From: Paracoccus sp. (in: a-proteobacteria)
GTDB lineage: Bacteria > Pseudomonadota > Alphaproteobacteria > Rhodobacterales > Rhodobacteraceae
Assembly (NCBI RefSeq): GCF_030536915.1
Contig: NZ_JAUNPC010000005.1
Coordinates: forward strand, 1,857-65,856
Reading direction: 5' to 3'
Length of the DNA: 64,000 nt
Part shown: positions 29,209 through 39,763 of the stretch, one piece after another
Position numbering within the stretch: position 1 is the first letter of the stretch
Layout: the number at the start of each line of letters is the position of its first letter
Program-made: the position numbers and the translations under genes
The notes under the pieces: generated by a model
Seen by the model: the letters and a program-made list of their open reading frames with translations, nothing else
What the model was told of the DNA's origin: nothing
Databases searched by the model: none

Positions 29209-29880
29209 CTAGCAAATCGGCGAAAGCATTGGCAAGGCGCGCCCGGTCCCGTCGCCCCCGGACCCATCCCCGGTGGCGGCAACCCGCCCGCGCCGGATGG
29301 CGCTGGAGGACAGGCCCGACATCGGCACGTTGACCAGCACCCAGGCGGGCGGGTCCATGTCGGCCAGACGCCCGGCCCGCTCTTCGGGCAGGCGATGCGG
29401 CCAGAGGATACGGGCGGCGCGGGCGCTGCGGGCAGGCATGCGGGACCCGGGACGCGCGATCACCCCGATCGGGACCTGCGCCGCGATCCCGCGCCAGCGG
29501 TCCCACCGGCTGAACTGGACGAGGTTGTCCGACCCCATCAGCCAGACGAACCGCACGCCCGGATAGCGCGCCCGCAGCGCCGCGATGGTGTCGGCGGTCC
29601 AGCGCGTGCCCAGCCGCGCCTCGATCCCCGTGACAAGGATGCGCGGGTCGCGGGCAAGTTGGCGGGCCGCGTCGATCCGCCGGGCCAGGGGCGCCGGACC
29701 ATGCGGCTTCAGCGGATTGCCGGGGCTGACCAGCCACCAGACGCGGTCAAGCCGGAACCGCTGCAGCGCCATGCGGGTGATATGCAGGTGCCCCTGGTGG
29801 GCCGGGTCGAACGAGCCGCCGAGCAGGCCGATCCTCTGCCCGGCAAAGGCAAGGGGGCGGTCGCGCGGTCCCTCCGCCAC
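29209..29880 (-). CDS. nadD: Nicotinate-nucleotide adenylyltransferase
   Basis: [34 protein letters not shown]. Confidence 0.9.
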   Translation of the reverse strand: MAEGPRDRPLAFAGQRIGLLGGSFDPAHQGHLHITRMALQRFRLDRVWWLVSPGNPLKPHGPAPLARRIDAARQLARDPRILVTGIEARLGTRWTADTIAALRARYPGVRFVWLMGSDNLVQFSRWDRWRGIAAQVPIGVIARPGSRMPARSARAARILWPHRLPEERAGRLADMDPPAWVLVNVPMSGLSSSAIRRGRVAATGDGSGGDGTGRALPMLSPIC

Positions 29881-29882
29881 GC

Positions 29883-30800
29883 CTAGCGCGGGTCCTGCGG
29901 GGCGGCGGGGGCGCCTTCGGGCAGGTCCAGCGCCGTTCCGGCGGGCGCCGCGGCAGAGCCGCCGGACGCGTTCCCGGGCGCGTCCCCTGCGGTTTCTTCC
30001 CCGGCAGCCTCGTCGCGCGCGCGGGCCTGCGCCAGCGCGGCGGCCACGATCTCGCGCCCGTCGCCCAGTTCGGCATCCAGCGCCGCGATGGTGGCGGCAG
30101 TGACGTCGATGCGTTCATCGGCGATCAGCACGGTGCGCTGGTCCAGCACCACCAGCGCACCGCGCGCGGTCATCAGCCGGCCCAGCACCGGCGCGGCAGC
30201 CTGGGCAAAAAGGGCGCGGTCGAGATCGGACATCTCTGCCAGCGCATTGCGCGCGGCCTCGCGCTCCGCGCGGACAGCCATCACCCGCTCGTCGAAGCGG
30301 GCGGCGCGCTGGCGGAATTCTTCGGGCGACAGGGTGGCGCGGGCGGCCGTCAGGGCGTCCTCGTCGGCGACCAGATCGGCAAAGGCGCGGTCGTTGTCGG
30401 CAGCCACCTGCCGCGACTGCGCCGCGAGTTCGGCCTGGACGCGCATGCCCCAACGCGACTGGCGGTACATGGCCTCCTGGTCCACGGTCAGCACCGCCCG
30501 GCCAAGCGCGGCGGTGGCGCCCCCGGCCGGCAGGGCGGGCGGCACCACCCGCAGGGGCGCGCCACCCTCGGCAGCCGGTCCCGCAGGCTGGGGTCCAGGC
30601 GCGGCGGGCCGGGACAGTTCCGGCCCCGCAAGATCGCCCGCGTCATCGAGCGGCGCAGGAACCGGGGATTGCGGAGGACGGGCAGAGCCGAAGGGCGAGG
30701 GCCGCGCGGGCGGAGGCTCCTGCCCTGCCACGGGCGCCGCCGCTAGCAGCGCTCCCAGCAGCGCCGCCGCCAGACCCGCCTGCCCCAGCGCGCGGCGCAT
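29883..30800 (-). CDS. OmpH/Skp family chaperone with Pro/Ala-rich tails
   Basis: Signal peptide, VLTVDQE, helical core, IDVT; immediately downstream of bamA. Confidence 0.75.
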   Translation of the reverse strand: MRRALGQAGLAAALLGALLAAAPVAGQEPPPARPSPFGSARPPQSPVPAPLDDAGDLAGPELSRPAAPGPQPAGPAAEGGAPLRVVPPALPAGGATAALGRAVLTVDQEAMYRQSRWGMRVQAELAAQSRQVAADNDRAFADLVADEDALTAARATLSPEEFRQRAARFDERVMAVRAEREAARNALAEMSDLDRALFAQAAAPVLGRLMTARGALVVLDQRTVLIADERIDVTAATIAALDAELGDGREIVAAALAQARARDEAAGEETAGDAPGNASGGSAAAPAGTALDLPEGAPAAPQDPR

Positions 30801-33190
30801 CAGAACCGGGTCGAGATCGACAGGTCGAAGGGCTGCGTGTTGTCGTAATCCTCTTTCTTGATCGCCTTCGACAGGTTGAAGCGCAGCGGCCCGATGGGCG
30901 TCGTCCAGAACAGCGACACCCCGACCGAGGCGCGGATGTTCATGCTGTCGTCCACGCTGCCGTCGATGGCTTCGGTCACGTTTCCGTCACCGTCGCGGTC
31001 GTTGGTGTCGCGGCCGTATCCAGCGACATTGTCCAGCCCCCAGACGGAACCCGCATCGGCGAAGATGCCGCCGCTGATGCCGTATTCCTCGGGCAGGCCC
31101 AGCGGGAACTGCGCCTCGGCCCGGGCCGCCCAGAAATAATTGCCGCCCAGCGCGTCCTCGTAGGGCGCGTTCAGGTCGCGGGGACCGTAGCCGTTCGATT
31201 CAAAGCCGCGGATGCGGCCGGTCCCGCGGAAACGGTCGGTGATGCGGCTTTCGCTGTCGTTCAGCATGACCAGCGCGCCCGCCTCGAACTCGGCCCGAAG
31301 CGCGACCTCCTCGCGCCAGGCGCGGCTTTCGACACCCGCCAGCATCGTCGTGGTGACCGCATCCACATCGCCGCCGAGGCCGGCGAAATCCTGGCTGAAG
31401 CGCAGCTTCCAGGCGGTCAGCGGGTCCAGCCCCGTGCCGCGCGTGTCGTAATTGTAGCTGTAGCCAAGCGCCGAGCTGACGCGCTCGCCCTGCTCGCCCA
31501 CCAGGATCGGGGAGGAGCCGATCCATTCGCCGGTCTCGGGATCGAAGCCGACGGGATCGACATCATACAGCTTGTCCTTGCTCAGCCGGTAGCTGAGTTC
31601 GACGCGCCCATTTTCGCTGACCGGGAACTCGATCCCGGTCGAGATCCCGACGCTGCGCGTGTTGAAGCGGGCGTTGTCGTAGTCCGAGGTCCGGTACCAG
31701 GCCGACAGGCGGGCACGCAGGTCGCGGGACAGGAAGGACGGCTCGATGAAGCTGAAATCGAACCCCTGCGAGCCGCTGGCGGTCGAGAAGGACAGCGCAA
31801 CGGTCTGGCCGCGGCCAAGGAAGTTCTGCTCGGTCAGCGAGGCGTTGAAGCCGACGCCTTGGCTGGCCCCGTAGCTGGCGCCAAAGCCGAGGCTGCCGGT
31901 CGGCTGCTCCTCGACGTTGACATCGACGATCACCTGCTGCGGGCTGGATCCTTCGCGGGTTTCCACCTGCGCGTCGGCGAAATAGCCCAAGGCCCGGATA
32001 CGCTCGGCCGAGTTGCGGATCTCGCGCGGGTTCAGGGGGTCTCCCTCGACGGTGCGGAACTGGCGGCGGATCACCTCGTCCAGCGTCGTCGTGTTGCCCT
32101 CGATGTCGATGCGCTCGACAAAGACACGCGGTCCGCGGGTCAGCGCGAAGGTCAGGTCCAGCGTCTGGTTGCGCGGGTTGCGCGTCACCCGGGGTTCGAT
32201 GGCAAGGAAGTTGACACCCTGCTGCAGGGCCACCGCCTCAAGCCGCTGGATCGAGTTCTCGACCGCCTGCGGGCTGTAGACCTGTCCCGGCCGTACCCGG
32301 TTCTGCGCCACGTAAGCATCCGCCGAGATGCCCGGCACCTCGCTGACCACATTCACCCGGCCGAAGGTGTAACGCGGGCCTTCGTAGATGTTGTAGGTGA
32401 CGAAGAAGGCGTCGCGTTCGCGGGCGATCTCGGGGGCCACGGCCTGCACCCGGAAGTCGGCGTAACCGCGCGAGCGGTAGAAGTCGGTCAGAAGCTGCTC
32501 GTCCAGTTGCGTCCGTTCGGGGGCGAAGACGTCGCGGCGGATGAAGGTCCGCAGGATGCCCGCCTGCTTGGTCGCCAGCACGTTCCGCAGCCGGCGGTCG
32601 GAAAAGGCGCGGTTGCCGGTGAAGCCGATGCGCTCGATCTCGGTCAGGGCGCCCTCGCGGATCTCGAAGACCAGGTCCACGCGGTTCCCGGGGCGGCGGA
32701 TCACGCGGGGATCGACGCGGGCGGCATAGCGCCCCTCGCTGGCATAGGCGGCGGCAATGGTCTGGGCGTCCCGTTCCGCCTGCGCGGGCGAGAACACTCG
32801 GCGCGACCGGGACTGCACGATCTCGCCCAACCGTTCGTCGTTCAGGCGGCGGTTGCCTTCAAAGCTGATGACGTCGATGACCGGGTATTCGCTGACGCGG
32901 ATGACCAGCGTGCTGCCCTGCGGGACGATCTCGACCGTCTCGAACAGGCCCGACTGCTGCAGCCGCTGCTGCGCGTCATTCAGGTCGCCCAGCGACAGGT
33001 CGGCGCCGCGGCGGATGTCGGCCAGCGACAGGATGGTTTCCGCATCGACCCCCTGCGCGCCTTCCAGCCGCACCTCGGAATAGACGGCGGCAGCCGCCGG
33101 CATCCCCAGCATGACCGTCAGCGCCAGTCCCGAGACGAGCGCCCGCGTGCCCCTGATAGCCGGGCTTGCGCCCATCCTGCGATCCCACAT
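30800..33190 (-). CDS. bamA: Outer membrane protein assembly factor BamA
   Basis: POTRA repeats, NFLGRG, IRGF motif, TPIGPLRF, C-terminal Phe. Confidence 0.95.
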   Translation of the reverse strand: MWDRRMGASPAIRGTRALVSGLALTVMLGMPAAAAVYSEVRLEGAQGVDAETILSLADIRRGADLSLGDLNDAQQRLQQSGLFETVEIVPQGSTLVIRVSEYPVIDVISFEGNRRLNDERLGEIVQSRSRRVFSPAQAERDAQTIAAAYASEGRYAARVDPRVIRRPGNRVDLVFEIREGALTEIERIGFTGNRAFSDRRLRNVLATKQAGILRTFIRRDVFAPERTQLDEQLLTDFYRSRGYADFRVQAVAPEIARERDAFFVTYNIYEGPRYTFGRVNVVSEVPGISADAYVAQNRVRPGQVYSPQAVENSIQRLEAVALQQGVNFLAIEPRVTRNPRNQTLDLTFALTRGPRVFVERIDIEGNTTTLDEVIRRQFRTVEGDPLNPREIRNSAERIRALGYFADAQVETREGSSPQQVIVDVNVEEQPTGSLGFGASYGASQGVGFNASLTEQNFLGRGQTVALSFSTASGSQGFDFSFIEPSFLSRDLRARLSAWYRTSDYDNARFNTRSVGISTGIEFPVSENGRVELSYRLSKDKLYDVDPVGFDPETGEWIGSSPILVGEQGERVSSALGYSYNYDTRGTGLDPLTAWKLRFSQDFAGLGGDVDAVTTTMLAGVESRAWREEVALRAEFEAGALVMLNDSESRITDRFRGTGRIRGFESNGYGPRDLNAPYEDALGGNYFWAARAEAQFPLGLPEEYGISGGIFADAGSVWGLDNVAGYGRDTNDRDGDGNVTEAIDGSVDDSMNIRASVGVSLFWTTPIGPLRFNLSKAIKKEDYDNTQPFDLSISTRF

Positions 33191-33290
33191 GACCTGTCCC
33201 TTGCGCCTGGCGTATCGCGCCGGTTTTCCCGGTCGCATTTGCGGCAGGATTAAACCCCTGCCGCCTGTCCTGTCAAAGCAAACCCCCGCC

Positions 33291-34625
33291 TCAGCGGCAA
33301 AGGATGTCGTTGGAGAGGCCGAAGAACATCAGCGCCAGCACCAGCGCCACGCCGATACGGGTCAGCACGTCCATGACGCGGGGTGACGGCGGTCGGCCCG
33401 CCACGGCCTCCCATGTGTAGAAGGCTAGGTGTCCGCCATCCAGCACCGGGATCGGCAGCAGGTTCAGGAAACCGATGCCCGCCGACAGCACCGCGACCAG
33501 CCAGAAGAAGTTGCCCGCCCCCGAGCTTGCCGCGTCGCCCGCCACCTCGGCGATGGAAATCGCACCGGACAGGTTGCAGCGGCCGATCTGCCCGGTGACC
33601 ATCGCGACCAGCCCGGTCAGTGAGCCCCAGATCACGTCCCATGTCTGCTGCGCGCCCATCCACAGCGCCTCGAACGGGTCGGGGGTGCGGGTGGCGGGGC
33701 GGATATAGCCCTCTCCCCCGGTCACGCCGATCAGCCAGCGTTTCTCGAAGCCGCCATCGGCGCGGGGCAGGTCCTGTTCACGCGGGACAAGGACGAAGTC
33801 AGCCTCTCCGGCATCCTCGCGCCAGACCCGCAGGGTGACGGGGCGGCCCTGCGCGGCCTCGACGGTCGGGCGCAGGTCGGTGAAGCGGGTGATCGGCCGG
33901 CCCTCGACCGCCAGGATCACGTCGCCGGGCCGCAGGTCCACCGCCGAGGCGGCGCTGCGCGGCCCCACGCCCGAGACGCGCGGCGGCGCGACATCGGGGG
34001 CGGTGACGGTGATCTCGTCGCCCCCACGGCGGACGGTCCACGGCTGCTGCGGCGCGGGCGGCAGCGCCTCGGCCAGACGGAACAGCGAGGCCCAGTCGGT
34101 AACGGGCTGGCCCCCGACCGCCAGCACCTCGTCGCCGGGCCGCAACTCGTTGACGATACCGGGGGGCGCGGGCGCGATCTCGCCCACCACCACGCGGTCG
34201 GTGGCAAGCCCCTGCCACATGACCACGCCCGCAAAGACGGCAGCGGCCAGGATGAAGTTGAAGAACGGCCCTGCCGCCACGGTGGCGAACCGCGCCCAGA
34301 GCGGCGCGCCGCCCAGCGTCTGCCGCGCAACCCCGGGATCGACCGAGCCGTCGCGGGTGGCGCTGGCCACATCCGCATCCCCGAGGAAGCGGACATATCC
34401 GCCAAGCGGGATCGCCGCGACCTGCCAGAGGGTGCCGCGCCGGTCGCGGCGGGAAAACAGCCGCGGCCCGAAGCCCAGCGAGAAGACCTCGGCCCGGATG
34501 CCCGACCAGCGGCCGACGATGTAATGGCCGTATTCGTGGACGCCCACGATGATCGACAGCGCGATGATGAAGGCGGCGACCGTCCAGGCGAGGCCGCCCA
34601 TCTGCCCGGCGATTTCCCCGATCAT
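33291..34625 (-). CDS. rseP: RIP metalloprotease RseP
   Basis: HEYGH, two PDZ domains, NLLPIPVLDGGH. Confidence 0.95.
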   Translation of the reverse strand: MIGEIAGQMGGLAWTVAAFIIALSIIVGVHEYGHYIVGRWSGIRAEVFSLGFGPRLFSRRDRRGTLWQVAAIPLGGYVRFLGDADVASATRDGSVDPGVARQTLGGAPLWARFATVAAGPFFNFILAAAVFAGVVMWQGLATDRVVVGEIAPAPPGIVNELRPGDEVLAVGGQPVTDWASLFRLAEALPPAPQQPWTVRRGGDEITVTAPDVAPPRVSGVGPRSAASAVDLRPGDVILAVEGRPITRFTDLRPTVEAAQGRPVTLRVWREDAGEADFVLVPREQDLPRADGGFEKRWLIGVTGGEGYIRPATRTPDPFEALWMGAQQTWDVIWGSLTGLVAMVTGQIGRCNLSGAISIAEVAGDAASSGAGNFFWLVAVLSAGIGFLNLLPIPVLDGGHLAFYTWEAVAGRPPSPRVMDVLTRIGVALVLALMFFGLSNDILCR

Positions 34626-35794
34626 GCCGCCGCCTGCCACGCCGCGGCATCGCGCCGCGCCTGCGCGTCCCATTCCAGAACGGTCTGCAGGCTGTCGGGA
34701 CTGTTCCCGAAGCCCGCCCGCCCCGCCGCGAGATCAAGCGCATGCGCGACCGCCCCCGCCATGTCGGTGAAGCGGATGCGGCCGGCGATGAAATCGTCCA
34801 GCGCCTGTTCCTTGGCCGCGTTCAGCACCGCCCCGGCGGCCCCGCCCTGCGCGATCACCTGCCGCGCCAGCGCCAGAGCGGGCCAGCGCGTCTCGCACGG
34901 CGCGCGGAAGGTCAGGCTGCCCAGGGCGGCAAGGTCCAGCCGCGGCAACGGCAGCTTCTCGCGCCGTGGCCAGTGCAGCGCATGGCCGATGGCATGGCGC
35001 ATGTCCGGCGGTCCCAGATGCGCCAGCGTGCCGCCGTCGATATAGGCGACAAGCGCATGGACGATGGATTCGGGATGGATCAGGACGGCGATGCGGTCTT
35101 CCGGCAGGCCGAAGAACTCATGCGCCTCGATGACTTCCAGCGCCTTGTTAAACATCGAGGCGCTGTCGATGGTGATGCGCTGGCCCATGTCCCAGTTCGG
35201 ATGGCTGGACGCCTCGGCCACCGTGGCCTGGGCCAGCCGCTCAAGCGGCCAGTCGCGGAAGGCGCCGCCCGAGGCGGTCAGGGTGACAAGCTCGACCCGG
35301 TCGAGACTGTCATTCTCAAGGCACTGGAAAACGGCGGAATGTTCCGAATCCACAGGCAGGATCGTGGCGCCACTGCGCTTTGCGGTGCCCATCAGAAGAC
35401 GGCCCGCGGCAACAAGGCTTTCCTTGTTCGCCAGGGCCAGCGTGCCGCCGCGCTGGACCACCCGCAGGCCGGGGGCAAGTCCGGCCGCGCCCACGATCGC
35501 CGACAATGCCCAGTCGGCAGGCCGGTCGGCGGCCTCGGCGATGGCGGTGGTGCCGGCTGCGGCCTCGACCCCCGAGCCCGCCAGAGCCTCGCGCAGATCA
35601 GGCAGCAGCGCCTCGTCGGCGATCACGGCAATCTTGGCCCGCAGGGCGCGCGCCATCTCGGCCAGCCGCGCGACGTTGCGCCCGCCGGTCAGGGCGACCG
35701 TCCGCCATGCCGCGGGGCCGCCCGACCGCATCAGCAGGTCGAAGGCGCTTTCCCCGACCGAGCCGGTCGCGCCGAAGATGGAAACGCTGCGCAT
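34622..35794 (-). CDS. dxr: 1-deoxy-D-xylulose-5-phosphate reductoisomerase
   Basis: GATGSVG, LANKES, PVDSEH, TASGG, NKALE. Confidence 0.96.
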   Translation of the reverse strand: MRSVSIFGATGSVGESAFDLLMRSGGPAAWRTVALTGGRNVARLAEMARALRAKIAVIADEALLPDLREALAGSGVEAAAGTTAIAEAADRPADWALSAIVGAAGLAPGLRVVQRGGTLALANKESLVAAGRLLMGTAKRSGATILPVDSEHSAVFQCLENDSLDRVELVTLTASGGAFRDWPLERLAQATVAEASSHPNWDMGQRITIDSASMFNKALEVIEAHEFFGLPEDRIAVLIHPESIVHALVAYIDGGTLAHLGPPDMRHAIGHALHWPRREKLPLPRLDLAALGSLTFRAPCETRWPALALARQVIAQGGAAGAVLNAAKEQALDDFIAGRIRFTDMAGAVAHALDLAAGRAGFGNSPDSLQTVLEWDAQARRDAAAWQAAA

Positions 35795-35795
35795 C

Positions 35796-36611
35796 TCAGC
35801 CCACGATCGGCAGCCAGTTGCCCAATCCCAGCACCGTCGCTGCGGCGAGCGATCCGGCCATCGCGTCGAAACGGTCCATCAGCCCTCCGTGTCCGGGGAT
35901 CAGGCGCGAGCTGTCCTTTACACCGACCCGCCGCTTGATCCAGCTTTCGGCGATATCGCCCATCTGGCCGGCAAAGGCGAGAAGCGGGCCGATCACGATC
36001 ACGCCGGGATCGGCCCGGCCGAGGATCACGAGGACGATCCCCAGCAGGGCGGCGCCGACCCAGCCGGCGGCAGTCCCGCTCCATGTCTTCTTGGGGCTGA
36101 TGGCGGGCCAGAACTTGGGGCCGCCGACGCTGCGGCCCACGAAATAGCCCAGCACGTCCGACAGCACGACCAGCGCCACGATCCAGACCGCCTCGCCCAG
36201 GCCGAAGGTGATGCGGATCCACAAGAGCCCCCAGGCGGCCATGACCATCAGGAGGCTGAAGCCGACATAGGCAAGCCGCATCTCGCGCCGGGCAATGCGG
36301 GTGCCGAGGCCAAGGGGCAGGATGAAGGCCAGCGCCCCCCAAGATCCCCAAAGCAGCGTCAGGGCCATCGCCACGCCCGACAGCAGGCCGACGCCGATCA
36401 CCCGGCCGCGTTGCGGCGCCGGGACCACGAGGCGGGTCAGTTCCCACATCAGGGCCGCGAACAGGACCGAGATGCCGATGCTGGCCAGCAACACCGGCAG
36501 CACCAGCAGCGCGGTGCCGGCAACAAGGATGATCAGGGCCGAGCCGACCCGCTCGGCCAGGTCGGGCCAGCGGCCCTGTGGCGCGACGCGCGGTGGGGGC
36601 AGGCCCCTCAT
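35796..36611 (-). CDS. cdsA: Phosphatidate cytidylyltransferase
   Basis: SPKKTWSG, GDIAES, KDSSRLIPGHGGLMDRFD. Confidence 0.93.
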   Translation of the reverse strand: MRGLPPPRVAPQGRWPDLAERVGSALIILVAGTALLVLPVLLASIGISVLFAALMWELTRLVVPAPQRGRVIGVGLLSGVAMALTLLWGSWGALAFILPLGLGTRIARREMRLAYVGFSLLMVMAAWGLLWIRITFGLGEAVWIVALVVLSDVLGYFVGRSVGGPKFWPAISPKKTWSGTAAGWVGAALLGIVLVILGRADPGVIVIGPLLAFAGQMGDIAESWIKRRVGVKDSSRLIPGHGGLMDRFDAMAGSLAAATVLGLGNWLPIVG

Positions 36612-37345
36612 GCCGCTCCGAAACGGCGCTGGCGCAGGCTGGTGCGGTCGAGGATCTCGGCCAGATGCGCCGGCGAGAAATCCGGCCACAGCACCGGCGT
36701 GAACTCGTATTCCGCATAGGCGGCCTGGAACGGCAGGAAGTTCGAGGTCCGCGCCTCGCCCGAGGTGCGGATCACCAGATCCGGGTCGGGATGGCCGGCA
36801 GTGTCGAGGCAGGCGGCAAGGTCGGCCTCGCCGGGCTTCGCGATCTCGCCGGTCGCGATCCTGCCGGCCAGCCGGGCCGCCGCCCGCGCAAGCTCGTCAC
36901 GGCCGCCGTAGTTGATGGCGACGGTCAGGTTCAGGCGGCAGTTGCCCGCCGTCCGCGTCTCGATCCCCGCCATCAGCGCCTGCAGCTTGGGGTCCAGCCG
37001 TTCGCGCCCGCCGATAAAGCGCATCCGCACCCCTTCCGCGGCCATGGCGTCGGCCTCGCGCCGGATGTAGCGGGCGAAGATGCCCATGAGGCCCAGCACT
37101 TCCTCGGTCGAGCGCTTCCAGTTCTCGGTCGAGAAGGCGTAAAGCGTCAGCCAGTTCACGCCCAGGTCGGGCGCTGCCCGGACGATCTGCTTGACCCGCT
37201 CGGCCCCGCGCCGGTGGCCGACGAGGCGCGGCCAGCCGCGTTCGGTGGCCCAGCGCCCGTTGCCGTCCATGATGATGGCGACATGGCGGGGGCGGGCCGC
37301 GCCATGGACGAAGGCGGGCGTGATGACCGGCGCTGCTTCGGCCAT
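36608..37345 (-). CDS. uppS: Undecaprenyl diphosphate synthase
   Basis: HVAIIMDGNGRWA, FSTENW, NYGGR, IRTSGE. Confidence 0.96.
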   Translation of the reverse strand: MAEAAPVITPAFVHGAARPRHVAIIMDGNGRWATERGWPRLVGHRRGAERVKQIVRAAPDLGVNWLTLYAFSTENWKRSTEEVLGLMGIFARYIRREADAMAAEGVRMRFIGGRERLDPKLQALMAGIETRTAGNCRLNLTVAINYGGRDELARAAARLAGRIATGEIAKPGEADLAACLDTAGHPDPDLVIRTSGEARTSNFLPFQAAYAEYEFTPVLWPDFSPAHLAEILDRTSLRQRRFGAA

Positions 37346-37349
37346 GATG

Positions 37350-37913
37350 TCAGACCTGCATGATTTCGGCTTGTTTCGATTCCAGTGCCTTGTCCACCTC
37401 GGCGATCATCTTGTCGGTCAGTTCCTGCACCGAGGATTCCCAGAACTTCTGGTCGTCCTCGGCCATGCCCTTGGCCTTGGCCTTCTTGATCTGGTCCATG
37501 CCGTCGCGGCGGACGTTACGCACCGCGACACGGGCGCTTTCGGCATATTGGGCGGCGACCTTGGTCAGCTCGCGCCGGCGTTCCTCGTTCAGTTCGGGGA
37601 TCGGCAGCATGATGATGGTGCCGTTGGTCTGCGGGTTGATGCCGAGGCCGCTTTCGCGGATCGCCTTTTCCACCTTGCCGACCATGCCCTTGTCCCAGAC
37701 GTTGATCGTGACCATGCGCGGTTCCGGCACGTTCACGGTCCCCAACTGGTTGATCGGCGTGGGCGAGCCATAGGCGTCCACGGTGATCGGGTCGATCATG
37801 CTGGCCGAGGCGCGGCCCGTCCGCAGCGAGGAAAACTCGTGCCGCAGGCTGTCCATCGCGCCTTTCATGCGGCGCTCAAGGTCATCCGTATCGATCTCGA
37901 TCTCGTCGGCCAT
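37350..37913 (-). CDS. frr: Ribosome recycling factor
   Basis: LRTGRAS, GINPQ, ELNEERR, VRNVRRD. Confidence 0.96.
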   Translation of the reverse strand: MADEIEIDTDDLERRMKGAMDSLRHEFSSLRTGRASASMIDPITVDAYGSPTPINQLGTVNVPEPRMVTINVWDKGMVGKVEKAIRESGLGINPQTNGTIIMLPIPELNEERRRELTKVAAQYAESARVAVRNVRRDGMDQIKKAKAKGMAEDDQKFWESSVQELTDKMIAEVDKALESKQAEIMQV

Positions 37914-38000
37914 AATCCTGCTCGCAGATGGTTTTTGGGGTGTATAGCCGCTTGCGGACAGGTTTGTATAGGTGCGCCGCCGCCGCAGTTGCCGACAGCT

Positions 38001-38900
38001 TTACGGTTTCTCATAGGCGCTGCCGTCCCCGGCCCTGCGGGAACGGGCGACATATTCGCCCTTTTCCGGCACCGCCACCGCCCGGAACTCGCGCGCGAGC
38101 CGGTGCAGCGCCGTGCGCATCTCGGGGCCGCGCATGGGCTGGCCGTGAAAGGTCACGGCAAGTTCGGGTTCCAGCGCGGCGAGCTTCTTCACCGCCTCCT
38201 CGGCGGCTTCCCAGTCGATGGTGAAATACATCGGCGGGCCGTGCATCTGCGGCTCTTGCAGGGCGACGTCATAGGCGGACTCCTGCCCTGTCGTGCAGAA
38301 GGCATCGCCCACGATCAGGGCGCGATCCCCGTCCCGCCAGAGCGAGACATGACCAACCGAGTGGCCGGGCGTGTGGACCCAGCGCCAGCCCGGCATGAAC
38401 GGCACGCTGCCATCCTCGGGCAGCGGGCGCAGGCGCGCGCCGACATCCACGGGCGACCGGGGGTAAAGGCGCGAGAGGCGCGCCATCAGCCCGCCGCCGA
38501 CGCTCGGATCCCCGGGCGGATAGGCGGCGCTGCCGTTCAGGTAGGGGTGTTCCAGCGGATGCGCGTAGACGGGGGCGTCCCATTCCTCGGCCAACTGCTC
38601 CAGCGCGCCGACATGGTCGAAATGACCATGCGTCATGACAATGGCGGCGGGGCGCGATCCTTCCCCGAAGCGCGCCTGCGCGGCACTGCGGATCAGGCTC
38701 GCCGTCCCGGTCAGCCCCGCGTCGATCAGCACCCATTCGCGGTCCCCTGCGCCCGAGGGGCCCACGAAGATCACGTTGACGATGCCCAGGCGCCGATAGG
38801 CAAGATCGGGCGCGAGCTCATGCGTGTGGTCGCGCCGCGCGGCATCCAGCTCGGGCTCGACCGCGCTTGCCTCGTCGGAAAGGGGGATCTGTTCGGACAT
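38001..38900 (-). CDS. Metallo-beta-lactamase-fold hydrolase (YflN-like)
   Basis: LIDAG, THGHFDH, HTPGH, VGDA, FHG; GAGG RBS. Confidence 0.85.
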   Translation of the reverse strand: MSEQIPLSDEASAVEPELDAARRDHTHELAPDLAYRRLGIVNVIFVGPSGAGDREWVLIDAGLTGTASLIRSAAQARFGEGSRPAAIVMTHGHFDHVGALEQLAEEWDAPVYAHPLEHPYLNGSAAYPPGDPSVGGGLMARLSRLYPRSPVDVGARLRPLPEDGSVPFMPGWRWVHTPGHSVGHVSLWRDGDRALIVGDAFCTTGQESAYDVALQEPQMHGPPMYFTIDWEAAEEAVKKLAALEPELAVTFHGQPMRGPEMRTALHRLAREFRAVAVPEKGEYVARSRRAGDGSAYEKP

Positions 38901-38928
38901 GGCCGCCTCTCGTCTGGCTTCAAGGCAG

Positions 38929-38953
38929 AACGAACGCGGCCGTCCGGAGTTCC
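38929..38953 (-). promoter_or_regulatory. EcfG (general stress sigma) promoter
   Basis: Minus strand GGAAC-N16-CGTT, exact consensus, 28 nt upstream of ATG 38900; overlaps pyrH stop. Confidence 0.65.
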
Positions 38954-39711
38954 TATTCGTGGACCCGCGTATAGGTGCCGTTCCCCGCAAGGATGCCGCA
39001 GAAGCCGCCCGGCTCGTCCAGCGAGAAGACGATGATCGGCAGGTTGTTGTCCCGCGCCAGCGCGATGGCCGAGGCGTCCATGACGTTCAGGTGCTTCTGC
39101 AGCACCTCGTCATAGCTCACGTTGTCGTAGCGCACGGCATCGGCATGCTTCTTGGGGTCCTTGTCATAGACCCCGTCCACCTTGGTGCCCTTGAAGATCG
39201 CCTGGCAGTTCATCTCGTTGGCGCGCAGGGTCGCGGCGGTGTCGGTGGTGAAATACGGGTTCCCGGTGCCAGCGGCGAAGATGATGACGCGCTTCTTTTC
39301 CAGGTGGCGGATGGCGCGGCGGCGAATGTAGGGCTCGGCCACCTCGTCCATGCGGATGGCGCTGATGACGCGGGTGTGGATGCCCAGCGCCTCGAGCGCG
39401 GCCTGCATGGCCAGCGCGTTCATGACCGTCGCCAGCATCCCCATGTAGTCGGCGGTCGCCCGCTCCATCCCCTGGGCGCTGCCCTGCAGGCCGCGGAAGA
39501 TGTTGCCGCCGCCGATCACCATGCAGATCTCGGTGCCGAGGTCGTGGACGGATTTCACCTCATTGGCGATGCGGGCGACGGTCGGGGGATGCAGCCCGTA
39601 GCCCTGGTCGCCCATCAGCGCCTCGCCCGAGATCTTCAGCATGACCCGGTCGTAGCCGGCACCCTGCTGAGGGGAAGGCGCCGCGGGGTTGGTCAGATCG
39701 GTTTCGGTCAT
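38953..39711 (-). CDS. pyrH: UMP kinase
   Basis: [30 protein letters not shown]. Confidence 0.96.
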   Translation of the reverse strand: MTETDLTNPAAPSPQQGAGYDRVMLKISGEALMGDQGYGLHPPTVARIANEVKSVHDLGTEICMVIGGGNIFRGLQGSAQGMERATADYMGMLATVMNALAMQAALEALGIHTRVISAIRMDEVAEPYIRRRAIRHLEKKRVIIFAAGTGNPYFTTDTAATLRANEMNCQAIFKGTKVDGVYDKDPKKHADAVRYDNVSYDEVLQKHLNVMDASAIALARDNNLPIIVFSLDEPGGFCGILAGNGTYTRVHE

Positions 39712-39763
39712 GCTGTGGCCCCCGCGGATTTCATCGGCCGGCAAAATGGCGCAGATAGGGCGC

